Assembly (NCBI RefSeq): GCF_964355755.1
Contig: NC_092670.1
Coordinates: 23,608,795-23,672,794 of the forward strand
DNA from: Antedon mediterranea
Lineage: Eukaryota > Animalia > Echinodermata
Direction of reading: 5' to 3'
DNA length: 64,000 nt
The notes under the pieces were generated by a model. That model made no database searches and had not been told where the DNA came from. It saw only the letters and a program-made list of their open reading frames with translations. The position numbers and the translations under genes were made by a program. Of the stretch, positions 1-12,900 are shown piece by piece. The stretch's first letter is position 1, and every line of letters starts with the position of its first letter.

Positions 1-60
1 ACTTAAGAATTAACATTCTAAACTTTTTTTTCAATATCTTAATTTGTTTTTTCTCGACAG

Positions 61-3000
61 CTTGAATGTGCGAAGTCCTTGAGCAAACCCGAGATAGTTT
101 TGATTCCGATTTATGTGTCATTAGCAGCAACATACACTGATAACAAACAGTATGAAGAAGCTGTGAACATGTACAAACATGAGCTACAGCTTAGAAAAGG
201 CAACCACAAGGAGGTACCGCAGTCACTAAGCACTCCCAAAAACTCTCTTAAATTCTGAATTTCTCAATACTTCCAACTATTAAATGTATTTTGAAAAACA
301 GACTACTGTATTGTAAACGAATGAATAAAAAGAACAGTGTTTATGATAGTGTATGTTATGGTGGAAATGCTAATATCAGGGTTCATGGGTCATTGAAAAC
401 CTGGAAAATCATGAAAAGTCATTGAACATTTTGGTAGAAAGGTCTTAATTAATTATAGTATTCTTTGGTGAAATTCAACAGTGACCAGTGGCTAGAGTGC
501 TCACTGGCTAAACTAGGAGCCCCAGAGCTTATGGAGGCCCCTGAGCAGTGCCCAGAGGGAAAAAAAATGCCCAAGGCCTTCAGCGTTGGAGGGCCATTTA
601 GACCAGGGCCTCACACCTCTGCATTATGCCACTGACAATGACATGATTCCTGAACATAGTCACTAAATTAAAGCAACAATATTGATACAAAGATAGTTTG
701 ACTGAATCGTCTATATTTATACATTGCAGGCAGGAAGAACATGGTTAAACATTGCCAAGGCACAGGAAGACGGTGGGAAGCATTTTGCATTGATAAACAG
801 CTGTCTCGAGAATGCATTGGAACGAGCTAGGAAAGCAGAACACCCTAGGTTACAAGTAAGGATGTTGATATTTTGCTTGGATGAATTCAAACATACATAT
901 TGCATTAATAGTCAACAGTGCTTCTTCACAATGAATATTATCTAAAATCGTCAGTAATTTTTAACAGTTGAGGGTTCTCAAAGAGTCTGCTGCCATTCAA
1001 GAAAAATTTGTGGAAGATGTTTTGTTGGAGAAAACGCAGCGACAACTACAAGAAGTAAAAACAAAACATGATCTGGACTCTGAGGATGATGAAATTTCAG
1101 AGGATGACTCAGAGGAGACTCAGAACGTTGAGGATGAGAGTCTTGATTTTACTGAATCGGGTATTATAATAGTTTTTAAATTGTATCTATCTACAATACA
1201 GGTACTTCGGTGCTATGTTGTTTACTTGCTTATTTAAAAAAAAAGGCCATATACTTGTCACAGCCATGCAAGATTGTCACAATTTGTTAATACATAGTAA
1301 TATTAGTTCATAGCATTGCCATCATAAAACAGTGACAAACTTGAAGTAATAGATAAAAGGTCGAAATGAAAGTAATTAATAGGTTATACAATCATAGTTT
1401 ATGATTGTCATTTTTCAATACAATATGTTACAAAATATTATTTTGTCTTTTAGAAGAATCAGAAGTCGATGAAAACGAAATTGTTGAAGGCGTGAGAAAA
1501 CGGAACAAGAAGCCACTTGTAAGATGAAATATTACTTGTTCACAACTTTGTAGAATTTGAATGCATAACAAACTAGTTCATCGGCAAGATAAGATTAGAT
1601 GGCAATGCAATTATATCTTAATTATATAATTGCTTTCAATTGTGTGCTGTGCAATCCTGGTTGGATTTTTAACCTTGCCTGTAAATAACTTAATGTAGGC
1701 TTAACAAGCGACTTTGATAACTCCAGAGGGCGCCATATTTAAAAAGTAAATTGGGACAAAAAAAGTTCTATAGGCGCTAGGGCCTAGATGGACATTTTTG
1801 TCCCGATTGACCCTGTAAATATGGTGCCCTCTGGAGTTATCAACATCGCTTATTAACATTTGAACATCAACATTATTATTTTGTATTTTCTTTTTTAAAG
1901 TTTATGCGTCGGAATGAAAAAGGTGAAACACCATTACACAGAGCTTGCATAGAGGGTAATGTTAATTTAGTCAAGAAGTACTTGGAGCAGGTATGTTACA
2001 GGCTGTTAATTTTACAGATACATAATATATAATATTAGTAGACTAGTACATTTATATATGTACCGGTTTTTATCCAATACTATATTTAAATTTTTCTTAT
2101 ATATTTGTTCTTTTTAGGGACATCCAGTGAATCCACGAGATCACTGTGGCTGGACACCACTACATGAATCCTGCAACCATGGTCATTATGACATAGTGGC
2201 ACTTCTCTTGGACCACAAAGCCAATGTAAATGATCCTGGGGGAGAATTGTGTGGCATGGTGACCCCACTGCATGATGCCATAAATTGTGGTCATTTCAAA
2301 GTATCAGAGTTGTTGATCAGTCGTGGTGCCAATTTACACGCAGTAGATGCTGATGTATGTAATTATATTTATTTCATTATTTAGGCCTAATGCATTCATG
2401 TAGGCTTATGATTGAAAACGATCAAATACTTTTTACATTTAAAACAAATAAAAAAAAAGCTTATGGTTTCAATTTCCAATGAGTTTTACTTATTTTAGGG
2501 ACAAACACCATTGAAGGCACTCTACACATGGGAAGCCAACTATAAGCATGATCTGGACAAAGAGGCTAGAGCTGCATGTGGTCGTTTAAAAAGGGTCATT
2601 GATGATGTCATTAAAAATGGTAATCTGATATTTTTGTAAACTTGTTTATATAGTCATAAAATAATAACCGTAGTTATATTGGTTTTTTGGTTTGCAGTCA
2701 CATTGTTCTTTACTTAAATCCCATATGTTTATTTTGATAGGAAAATCAAATCTGTCCAATCTAAGGAATACGCTTGATAATGATCTGTTTTCTGCAGAGG
2801 ATGATAGTGACCCTCTATTGGCAAGCCAACCGGAAATTGAAACATTTATGGAAACTATCCCATCACAAAGGAGATCATGTCTGTCAAGAAGTGCCAACAA
2901 AAGATTATCTCACCAGATGAGAAATTCTGCAATTGTTGAACCGGAGGTGGATTCAGATACTGACATCAGGATGGAAGAGGAAGTTGCATTGTTAAATGAT

Positions 3001-6000
3001 GCTGACGACCCAATTAGTCTTCAGACAATAAGCACTCCTGAAGGAATCTTAGAAGATTCTGAAGAAGTCATTCCATCTCCATCACCACCAGTGTTTGTTC
3101 AAGAACCAGATGATGTATGTGACGCATACCAGCAAGCGATCAATGCAGTTGGCAGTGCTTCAAGCATCATTTCACAAAGAACACCAGTACGTCGGGAACC
3201 ACCACAATCCACCAAAGAGCAACCAGCCCTAATTCCTGATGAAATTTACGCTGGCGATAATTGGTTAGTGGATGATGTCGGCAGGCAACCAGGAAAACGG
3301 AAAAGAGGGAGTCTAGATGGCATTGTTACAGTATTAAATTCAAATAGTAGAGTTCAGAATAATGCTTCACATTCTTTGACAAGATCATCAAGGCCACCGT
3401 CATCAAAACGAAGAAGAACAAAACAACTACGATTGACCAACTTGCAAGTGACGAGAGAACGAGCCCCGATAAATATTGATAGTGAAGATAGTCTTGATTC
3501 TGTAACATCACAAGAAGAAGTGTCAACTACAAATAGGCCGATAGAAGATGTCTCTGAACAAAGAAATACACCATCAGCCTCACATGAGGTAACCCACAGT
3601 GTTGAGGCACGAAGACCGGTGATGCGTGTTAGAGTTAAAGTTAAAGACAAAGCTCTGGCTATTCCAATTCCTGGCACGTGAGTATAATCATAATACAACA
3701 CTCTTAATGGGACATTGTAGGGACACAACAAAGTTACATTAGTAAGGGTGGCCATAGTGTTAAAACATGGTGGTCCTTTAGGGTTGTCTCCTGTATTTTC
3801 TTGAATTATCGATCCTAAAATTAACCTTCTTGTGACTGTCTTGCACATTCTTTGTGTATCATCATAAGCATAATAGCCCTCAGCTGGTATAAAATTATTT
3901 ATATGGTTTTTTGAATTTATGCCTAAAAAAACATCTATGTAAATAATCATAGCTTCATTTCACATAGAGACAAGACAATGAAATGGCTAACTGATCAAGC
4001 TTGCCAACGATATTTCAACATGTGCGGAGTTCGACCAACTCTCAAACTCCAAACACCAGAGGGAGCTGTTTTTGCTGATGAAGATATAGTGACTGACTCT
4101 GTGTTACATAATGAAGAAGTTAGTAAAAATTTGTAATTCATATTGAAATTAAACTTTGCGATGAAATAAAATAGATAAATAATATAAAAACAGAAAAAAC
4201 ACAATATAGACAATTTGTTGTTTGTTCGTAGGTTATTGCATTGGTGGATTCATGGGATATGCCGCCTTTAGATCAACGATACCAACGAGCTTGTCAGACG
4301 GCTAAAATAGGTACAGTATTAAGCCAATTGCATTGAATTTCAATATCTTAAGCTCTGTCTACACTATCAAACTTTATGTGACAAAACAAATGTGATGTGC
4401 CACTGTCACACACAGACACTTATCATAACTGATCAAGAGTTGATTTGATTGTCAGCATATGCTGTTTAGGGTCACCCTCTATGAATATATATGAAAAAAT
4501 AAATAAATATCACTACCATATTTGGGCACATCACACTTTTTTTGTCAAACTAGTTTGATAGTGTAGACAGAGCTTTATAATTTAGGCTGAATGGTTATCT
4601 AACTTATTCTTATTCACTTTTTAATTAATTTAGATGAAAATTCTAAGATTGTAAATGCAATGCAGAAATGTGAGACAAGCTTAGAACTGGTGCTTACGAA
4701 CTTAAACCTTGGTTCATTAGACTTGAACCCTGTTATCACTAGTCTTCAGTTACAGCACAACCTCCGACACCTTAAACTTCACAGTAATGCCATCAATGAC
4801 GCCCTACTTCAGAGCTTAGGAGGAGACGTTATCATTAAGTTACATAATTTAGTCGTGTTGGATTTGTCGTGTAATTTAATTACGCATGAGGGGCTGCGAC
4901 TTGTTAGCGATCGCTTCAAAAAAGATGGTCTGGGTCGTGATGGAAGTGATTCACACAGTTCTGAGGATGGTACTCGTCAAAAGCCTTTTCAAGTAAGAGC
5001 AATTTTAAATTGTTGTATTTATTCAACGAAATATTTGATATTAATGCATTGATGAATGTATTTGGACTTTCTACTTTCTTTATACCTCATTTATTATTTT
5101 ATTTACAGTTGTTAGAAGAATTAGATCTGAGTTTTAACTTCCTGACTGATGACAGTTCTTTGCATCTTGCGTACATCGTAGAATGCTGCCCTCGTTTGAC
5201 TAAATTAAAACTTCAGTCATGTGACTTTACTATGAAGTTGTTCCATCGACAGTTCATGGATGCATTGAAATGTAACTACACAATGTTTCCTCTTTTTTCA
5301 CTTTTCTTTAAATTATTAAATTAATAATAATTTTTATACTCTTTGTATATGGTATAAAAATGTATAATTTCTTTCATATTTTGCTTCATAGCTCTGAGGC
5401 ATCTTGAGAGCTTCAGTATATCCCATAATGCAATTGGAAGCACTGGAGTTGAACTTCTGCTAAAGAGCCTGCATCACACATCACTAAAGACCCTTGATCT
5501 AAGCTCAGTCATCAAGAATTCACATGGCAGTCCGGTGGGCTTACACCTGTCTCGATACATGTCACAGGTATAAAGATTCTGTTTTTAATTTCTCTTTTCT
5601 ATATGACTACTATATTGCTGTATACAATAAAAGAACACAAAATAAATGATTTAAACTACCTCCTTGTAAAATTCCTCTCTTTATACCTTCAAATTTCTTA
5701 TACCTTTTTACTGGTTATTTATCATTAGACTGATTGTTGTTTGGAGTCTTTGCGTATCAGTGATTGTTGCGTAAATGATGACGATATAACCAGTGTATCA
5801 AGGTACTGTATGTCTTCTCATAAATGTTTCCATTGTTAATTACTGTCTAAATAGTACTTCTAGAGTAGCGACCCTTTTCACCACTTGATGCAACTTTCAA
5901 GATTCAATTTATTATCACATAATATTACATACATGAAATTTGTTTTCCTAAAAAACAATTTAAAATGACAAGCATATGGGAAAAAAAAGTCTCTAAAACG

Positions 6001-6619
6001 GTTGGTTTTTACTTTGCATTGCCAAATTCGATAGATCTATTAAAACTTACAATACTATTTAGTGGATGAGTCACATCTTTAATTATCCATTCTAATTTAT
6101 TAAGAGTCGTTTTAAACCAAACATGTGTTTCTGAGCATGCACAGAATGACTTTTTGACTCAACAGCTAGGACACATCATGAAAATGAACAGTCGCTAACA
6201 GCCATTGGTGGCATACTCACAGTTATAGATTCTTTGGCTCTTGTTGCATTAAAAATCTACTTTTTCATTACATGCTGGTTTCTTTCAGGTGTATGAACTC
6301 AAATACAACACTTTCATCTATTGACTTATCTTGCAATGACGATATCACATGTCTAGCGTTGCAACAATTACTAACCACCATCCAATCACACAAGCTTACA
6401 ATAAAGAAGCTAGACTTTTCTGGCTGTCCGTTAAAATCGTTATCCGACACCTTGGCTGAAGCACTGCTTATGTCGATGTCATCTGGCTTGATAGAAGAAG
6501 TGAAATTAAATGGATGTGGATTAAAACAAGATCAGAACAGATTAAGACAGTTGTCTTCTCAACATGATACAGTTTTGAATTCTATACAAAACCAAATTTG
6601 TGAATTGTATATTAAATAG
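61..6619 (+). CDS. TONSL: Tonsoku-like DNA repair protein, 3' portion (TPR end, acidic linker, ankyrin repeats, ubiquitin-like domain, LRRs); 5' end lies upstream of the window
   Basis: Phase-consistent GT-AG exons: 61-213, 730-855, 968-1160, 1454-1518, 1901-1990, 2118-2354, 2499-2619, 2741-3677, 3968-4118, 4232-4310, 4634-4992, 5109-5271, 5392-5567, 5729-5802, 6289-6619 (TAG). Peptides [78 protein letters not shown] and [15 protein letters not shown], followed by LRRs, match TONSL motifs and domain order. Confidence 0.95.
486..634. mobile_element. hAT-like MITE family with CAGTGG...CCACTG ends; other copies at 17036-17217, ~25713-25842, 34315-34458, 34983-35156, partial at 34153
   Basis: Terminal inverted repeats CAGTGG/CCACTG and a shared core (ctcactggcta, cagcgttggaggg). 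Near-identical 8-bp flanks: acagtgac/acaatgac here and acaatatg/aaaatatg at 17036. Confidence 0.7.
1701..1856. mobile_element. Palindromic MITE in a TONSL intron
   Basis: Long imperfect inverted repeat: gataactccagagggcgccatattt pairs with aaatatggtgccctctggagttatc, and gggacaaaaa with tttttgtccc. Confidence 0.65.
4351..4574. mobile_element. PIF/Harbinger (Tourist-like) MITE; other copies at 23134-23282, ~28805-28900 (partial), 30980-31117, 63315-63421
   Basis: TIR agctctgtctacactatcaaac / gtttgatagtgtagacagagct, with TTA flanks on both sides at 4351 and 30980. Five copies occur in the window. Confidence 0.85.
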
Positions 6620-9417
6620 TTATAACTTACTACAGTATGCTCCTTGTTGATGCACACTGTAACCACCGCAAAGGTGGATTTAGAGAAGGGGCCAAACAAA
6701 TATTAAGATGCAGCTTATAGGGATTATTTTAATAAATTGAACACTGCTGCATTAAATGAAATTACGGTACTGAAGTACATTGTAAATATGTAAATTACTG
6801 TATATTGTATACCAAATACTGATTATAGGAACTTCAATGATTACAATCTTTTTATAGCCCTCATTAGAATAATAATATCATAGTATTTCAATGCCTCGAT
6901 TTATTTATTATATTACAAAAATTAAAGAACAGAGAGGATCAAGTGCAAATAAGAAGCCCAACCGTATTGATGCATTACTCTAGGCCCGATATAAACCACA
7001 TTTTTTAGTTAGATAATACTTCAGTTGAAAAAAGTATTTTTTAAATTCTGTCTTTGTTGAAATACTTTTTTAATATACTTTTTATCACTAAAAAATCGAT
7101 TTAATAATGGATACATTAAAATATGAAGTTGCACTATTTTATCTTTGTTTAAAAAAACGCCCTCTCCAGTCGAGCAGCAAAGTGCTCATTTAACCGTTAA
7201 AACGCTGTTTTTTAACTGCGCAGGTCACTGAGCATCGCCAAGTTATAGTGACTTCCGGTTCGCTTTTCACTTCGCGGCAAGCATTTTGCATGGGAATACC
7301 CTTACAAATCTGCTGCAATTTCCACCATCCGGGTTAAATTATATCTTTCTATATTTGGAAATTGTTACTCCTAATATGGAAGATTATTCCCGCCACAAAA
7401 TTCTGGTATAAATAGCCCAGGAAAGGACGACAGGGCTTATTGAAGAAAAAAGTGCAGATGGAGGTGTTCGTTGAGGTAGGCTACATGATTTATTTGTTTG
7501 GTTTCGTAGGGAATCCGGCACTTTTCTCATCAGCACGGAACCTTTATAAAAACTTAGTGGTTGGTTATTAGGTTATTAATCTATCTTTTCTGAAAGTTTA
7601 AGCTTGGTTCAGCTTGTGGGACGGATTCAATATCCGTTCAAAGCTGGGGATATATTCTAAGCAGACTCCATCTTGGATTCGTATGTTTAGTACAGGCCGT
7701 GTGGTTGAGTAATTTCAATCCTTCAAAATCACTATGTGCAATCCGTTTTTAAACCAGTTAATATACCAAAATATGTTATTAGTAGCTTTTTTATTTTGGA
7801 TTTGGTGCTAGTTTGGTAAATATTGCAATATAATTGTAGATTATTTGGTTGTAAAAAAATGTACCCAACTTGTAGTATTATCTAGGCCTCCTAGGCTAGG
7901 CCTAGCCCATTTGACGGAAACCCAGTGCTATTTGTAGGCGGATAGAGAGGGCCGCAGGCTAGTTTTTAGTGGCATATCGCCGACTTATTATAATCAATGT
8001 GAAGCCATATTATTATTATGTTTAAAATGTTGAATCTATATCCACTGGATTATGGATATATATCGTCGGATATTTAAAGAAAGGCCTAGGCCTAGACCTT
8101 TTTATTTAATTAATTTAGGACTATATTACGGGAAATTCTTTGCCAAAGAAAAGAAAATACGTTGTGGCTGTTGGAGGTTTGTAAATATATGACAATAATG
8201 TAGCCTAGGCTAGGATAGGAAGGACTGTGGAAGGATGAGGTAATTTGGATGGTCGTACATATGATATTTATATATACAGTATTGTGTATAGTAGTGATCA
8301 TGGCGACAAAATTTAGGATGACTAAAGTTGACATTAAAATTATTTAACTATGAATAGCTCATTATTGGTGTTTTTTTTTTCTTTCAGGTTTCTAAGAATA
8401 AACTATCCGACTTGTGATTCATCTTGTGCTGCAAAAACAATCCTATTTTGATATTTGTAAATTGATGTACGTAACAGACGTCTTTAAAAATAAAAAAAAA
8501 ATAAAAATTTTATTATCGCGATGATTTAACTCAAATATTGACATATATAACTTGATATTTTAGCCTGAGCAAGCAAGATAGTTTGATAGGCATATTTTAC
8601 TTCGATGTAAATAAGATATTACATGTTATACTGTATGTAAAATACTTTTTTGTAAATAAAATTATTTAATGGTGGTTAATTTATTAACTTGTTAATTTGT
8701 TTGTTAGTTATGATGTTATACTATTAATTATTTAGTTAGTAACCAAAGTGGAGTGGATTCGTGGCAGTTGCAACTTGACTGTAATATGCATATATATAAT
8801 AATATTTACTTCTTCTTGGATAAAGTTAAAGCAAAATAAGCAATAATAAAAATTAAATATTTATTTTGCCATAAAGAAAGCAAAAACTAAACATACAGTA
8901 CTATATGTACAGTAATACCATGGACCTATAGGTCCATAGTAATACATACTGTAGTATTGAGCACCAGTAGCAGAGACGTCTGGACAATCGAATATAATCG
9001 TTATCAGCTGTCTGGGTACCCAAGGCTAGTGCTAGAAAATGGCGAAAATTCGTGTATTCATTCGCCGTCAGCGAAATGAATCCGGCACTTTTCTCATCAG
9101 AAGCAAATCAACAAATCCTTTTATCAGTTTGTTTTGATATATAATCTGGATAATATATATTAAAATGGCCTTGGTTCAAGCATGTTTAACAGGTAAAATC
9201 AGATTTTTTCCTACCTAGGCCCCTTAGCACTGCGGTACCCTACGCCGTGTGGGGGAACCGATCTCGGCAGTATTTCTTAAGTAGCCTATCTTTCGTAAAA
9301 TCCTTAGTTGAATTTTATTAATATAAATTTAATTGTATGAATATGCTATTTAAATGTTATTGACATTTTTTTTTGCTGCATTTTGTAATTCCGCACTACT
9401 TGCTTTATCGCGATTCC

Positions 9418-9428
9418 AAGATGGCGGC
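9418..9428 (+). promoter_or_regulatory. YY1-like motif in the ATP5MF promoter region
   Basis: AAGATGGCGGC lies ~130 bp upstream of the ATP5MF ATG in locally CpG-richer sequence. Confidence 0.4.
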
Positions 9429-9553
9429 AATTCAAATTTTGATTTGGTAATAATTCGCGAGGTCAACCACTTTGCTGCCCGACTGTCTCCAAGTCTCGTT
9501 GGTAGCGGATCACATTTTATCTTTTGCCGGTGTATTGTTCCGCTTGATTCAAC

Positions 9554-12213
9554 ATGGCCGACGGTAAAGGTGAGGTTTGCAGTAGTTTGTAAAAGTTGCA
9601 TAAATGAGAATAATCTATTAAATATGAATACTTTTTGTAAGAGAATTTATAAATGAATGTCATTTGAATGTTATATTCAATTTTAAAAACGTAATGCAAT
9701 AAAAGAGAAGGCCTAGAATGCGTTATTATAGAGATTAGGCTAGGCCTCCGCTCGCCTATAAAAACGACTTCATTTTTATAATATGCATGGTCGGTTTACC
9801 GCATGACCTCTGGTTGCCACCGATTTCATTGGTGACTTGAAGCATCTAGGCCTAGCTAGTAGTAGAGTAATAGTAGCGCTAACTTTGAGCTTGCAATTTC
9901 TTTCCATGGCATTGTGAGTCTAGCTTTAGTGCAAAAGAAAAAATGTGATTTGTTGGATTTTGCATTTCTTGGAAATATGCCATCCATGAATGTTCAACGA
10001 AACATGTAACATTTCAATAAAACATTTGTTGTTGAGAGGTTAGTGAATTGTTCAGGGTAAACTAAAGTCTATAGGCCCAGTCAGGACAGGTTATAATATT
10101 ACCCGCTATCTAGCCAATTTTGTTAACATATAAAAAAAATTGTTCTATTTCAGCCATAGCAGAGATACCTCTTCGTGAAGTGAAACTTGGTCAGCTACCG
10201 AAGTGGCTTGCAACATGCTCCTTCACACCAAGTGGAGTGAAAAATGCTGTTGTTAGAAGTGCGTATGACAGTATTTTTGTTCTAATCTTTAAATTATAGA
10301 TTGGTGTCAATCTGAATGGTGTTCAGGTTTTAGAGACTTGGCAATGTATAGGAAAATTGTTATAATGCACTAGTAAAGAGCTTACAGCATCACCTCTCAT
10401 GTTGTTGCGAGTCCGGCTGTAGTGCAATAATAATACTTGCTCAAAAGACATCTTGTTATCAATTAGTTACAAGTTTGATAGACAAGCAAGTTACATTGAT
10501 AATAAAAAAAAATAAGGATATACAGGTAATTAAATAATAAATAATATCTACTTTACTTAGTTCTTAAATATGGTATTCATAGATTTCTGGCGGTACCATA
10601 CCAAGTACATCAATGTGAGGAAAGCTAACATTGCTCCTATTGGCCAATTTGTAGCGTTAACCATCGGACTAACATATATATGGAGATTCAAGAAAGAAAG
10701 TGAGTTTATTTTTCAAAAATGTTATACAGTCAACTCTCCCAATACCGGACTCTCCCAAAACCGGAATTCACGAAAAACCGGACTTTTTTGGAGGGCCCAA
10801 TTTGTCCCTATTCTAAATGTACTGTAATTTATTATGAAAACCGGAATACCCAATTCCGGAATCCGGACAAATTATGAAGTACAAAACATGAAAATTAGCG
10901 TCTGAAAACCGGACTGACAGTTAAAAAACTCCAAATATTTACGAAAACAACGTAACATCGTCGTCGCTGACTCGGATTCAATACATTCACAATATACAAA
11001 AGCTTTTAACCATACCCTGACCATGAAGTGCGCGACGTTTCGCGGTACGATCAAATAATGTTGCCATGGAGCGCTACACTGTGATTGACAGGTCAGTTCA
11101 TTGTTAACCCACGAGGCGGCAATTGCTTTGTTGCGTATCGAACTGCGGTGGGCTAGGGCTTTTTCACATCGAAGCGCAATGTCTTAATGTCTATCGTTTT
11201 TTAGCAGGGAGTTGTTAACAACTCCCTGTTTTTTAGCATATGAATTGTTCAAGTTCAATTTACATTCCACTTTGTGTCTTTGTTTTGTTTAAATTATTGT
11301 TAAATTCACAATTGCAATAGGACTTTAAAAAGGAATTGTTTCACTAAAAATGTGCATCATTATAAATTTGGAAATCATTATGGCAAAACGTAAACGGACT
11401 GAACTTGACTTAACTAGTGTTAATAAACTTTGAAATGTTACCAATTAATTATTGTGTCATTGCTTGGCTCATTTACCTAATCAATTTTCATCATTGCTAT
11501 CAAATTACGTCAAAATAAAGGAGCTTAAAAAACATGTGGTCCAGGTGTGGGCGTTTTTATTTGATTATGACACCTCTGCACATGCGCATCAATCAAAGCC
11601 CCGCTTTGCTATTTTTATCACCCATGCTGCTGCTGCTAGCTAGCTCACGAAAAAAAAACCAATAAACAGACCGAAATTATGTTCACCGTACGTACGTAGG
11701 CCTTTTTGCCGTTAAAAACACATTGAGAAAAAATAATTTACTATTGTAACATGTTTTATTGGTACAGTAAATAATGTAACTTTTAAAAAAGGTAAATTGA
11801 ATATTAATATTAATAAAGTAGGCCTAGGCCTATCAGTATTTATTTAATTAAAACTAGCTTGACACAATCATAGCCTAGGCCTTCCCTACGCTAGACCGCA
11901 CCGGGCAGCATTCCGACCGGTGATTCAAAGCATTTTCAGTGACAACGTGATGACTTTAAAAATATGTTTTCAGGAAACCGGACTTTCGAAAAACCGGAAA
12001 ATATATGCCCGCCCAAGGGTGTCCAGTATTGGGAGAGTTGACTGTACTATCAATTTTAAAGTATTGAAAACAATTTTTTTTATTTCTGCTGTTTTATCTT
12101 TTTATAAATCAATTTTGCAGTAATTCAAAAGCAGTTTCAGTTTTATGTTAATGAAATTCAAAATAAAATGTAATTTTTTTTCAGAGCACCACAGAATCAG
12201 AAAATATCACTAA
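9554..12213 (+). CDS. ATP5MF: Mitochondrial ATP synthase membrane subunit f (86 aa)
   Basis: Exons 9554-9563, 10154-10258, 10583-10699 and 12185-12213 give MADAIAEIPLREVKLGQLPKWLATCSFTPSGVKNAVVRNFWRYHTKYINVRKANIAPIGQFVALTIGLTYIWRFKKEKHHRIRKYH*. The EVKLGxLPxW, KYINV and C-terminal RKYH signatures are present. Confidence 0.95.
9875..10014 (+). ncRNA. Putative box H/ACA snoRNA, copy 1 (ATP5MF intron 1)
   Basis: 5' hairpin gcgcta..gagcttgcaat..attgtgagtctagct..tagtgc, H box AAAAGA, second hairpin, then ACA plus 3 nt. The 5' hairpin is homologous to copies 2 and 3. Confidence 0.6.
10366..10498 (+). ncRNA. Putative box H/ACA snoRNA, copy 2 (ATP5MF intron 2)
   Basis: gcacta..gagctt..tgcgagtccggctg..tagtgc, H box ATAATA, second hairpin acttgct..agcaagt, ACA at 10493-10495; 133 nt in total. 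Confidence 0.7.
10727..12044 (+). mobile_element. Non-autonomous pogo/Tigger-type (Tc1/mariner) DNA transposon in ATP5MF intron 3
   Basis: TIR cagtcaactctcccaatac / gtattgggagagttgactg, TA on both flanks and subterminal aaaccgga repeats. A truncated ORF MAKRKRTELDL* at 11380 resembles a pogo transposase N-terminus. Confidence 0.85.
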
Positions 12214-12276
12214 ACTTAAATAACAGAGTGAGTATATTGGATAGATTATACATTAACTTAATAATAGTTTTTAATT

Positions 12277-12410
12277 TGCATTACTTTTGAGCTTGCAATA
12301 ATCTTTATTATATTACTGCGAGTCCGGCTGTAATGCTAGAACAATACTTGTTCCTTACGCAACTTGTTGATGTACAGTAACATGTTTGTGTGAAAAGGCA
12401 AGTGACAAAA
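12277..12410 (+). ncRNA. Putative box H/ACA snoRNA, copy 3 (ATP5MF 3'UTR intron)
   Basis: gcattac..gagcttgca..tgcgagtccggct..gtaatgc, H box AGAACA, hairpin acttgtt..ggcaagt, ACA at 12405-12407. It follows a GTGAGT donor at 12228. Confidence 0.7.
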
Positions 12411-12749
12411 CCTACTTGTTTTTACTTCAGACATTAAAATATGTCGAAAAAGGCTTAAAACTGGCACCCATCTCCACAAGCTGTTTAAACCATTTAGCCA
12501 TTATTTGTTGACACTCACTGATACTGTATGTACTAACATTTTTGGAGCCACTATTTACATCACTGATTATGTAATTTTTATTTTACAGGACACCACAAAT
12601 TACTGAATTATCAACTGATAGACACGTAGATTACAGAATTAAAGAATTGACTATATTATCATAATTACCACTGTTGCAAATACAGTTCGTTTTTGAGTGA
12701 AAATCCATTAGTGTTTAGTGGAAATCCGTCATTATGTATCATGTACGTT

Positions 12750-12900
12750 AATGGATGTTAAGAAGATCTGACATGTTCATTATGGATGTTAAGAAGACCT
12801 GACATGTTCATTAGGAAGATGTGGCATAGTTTTATGTATGCCAAGATCTGTATGTTCATTATGGATGAGAAGAAGACAATCACTATGAATGCTAAGAAGT
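12750..12900. repeat. Degenerate ~31-bp tandem repeat in the ATP5MF 3'UTR region
   Basis: Units similar to atggatgttaagaagatctgacatgttcatt are repeated. Confidence 0.6.

Noticed and set aside
3326-3950. Minus-strand ORFs of 198 and 66 aa
   Set aside because: They are antisense shadows of the large TONSL exon.
7495-7540. Minus-strand CTGATGAG...CGAAAC resembling a hammerhead ribozyme core
   Set aside because: Stem II does not pair, no stem I or III partners were found, and the second copy at 9078 lacks GAAAC.
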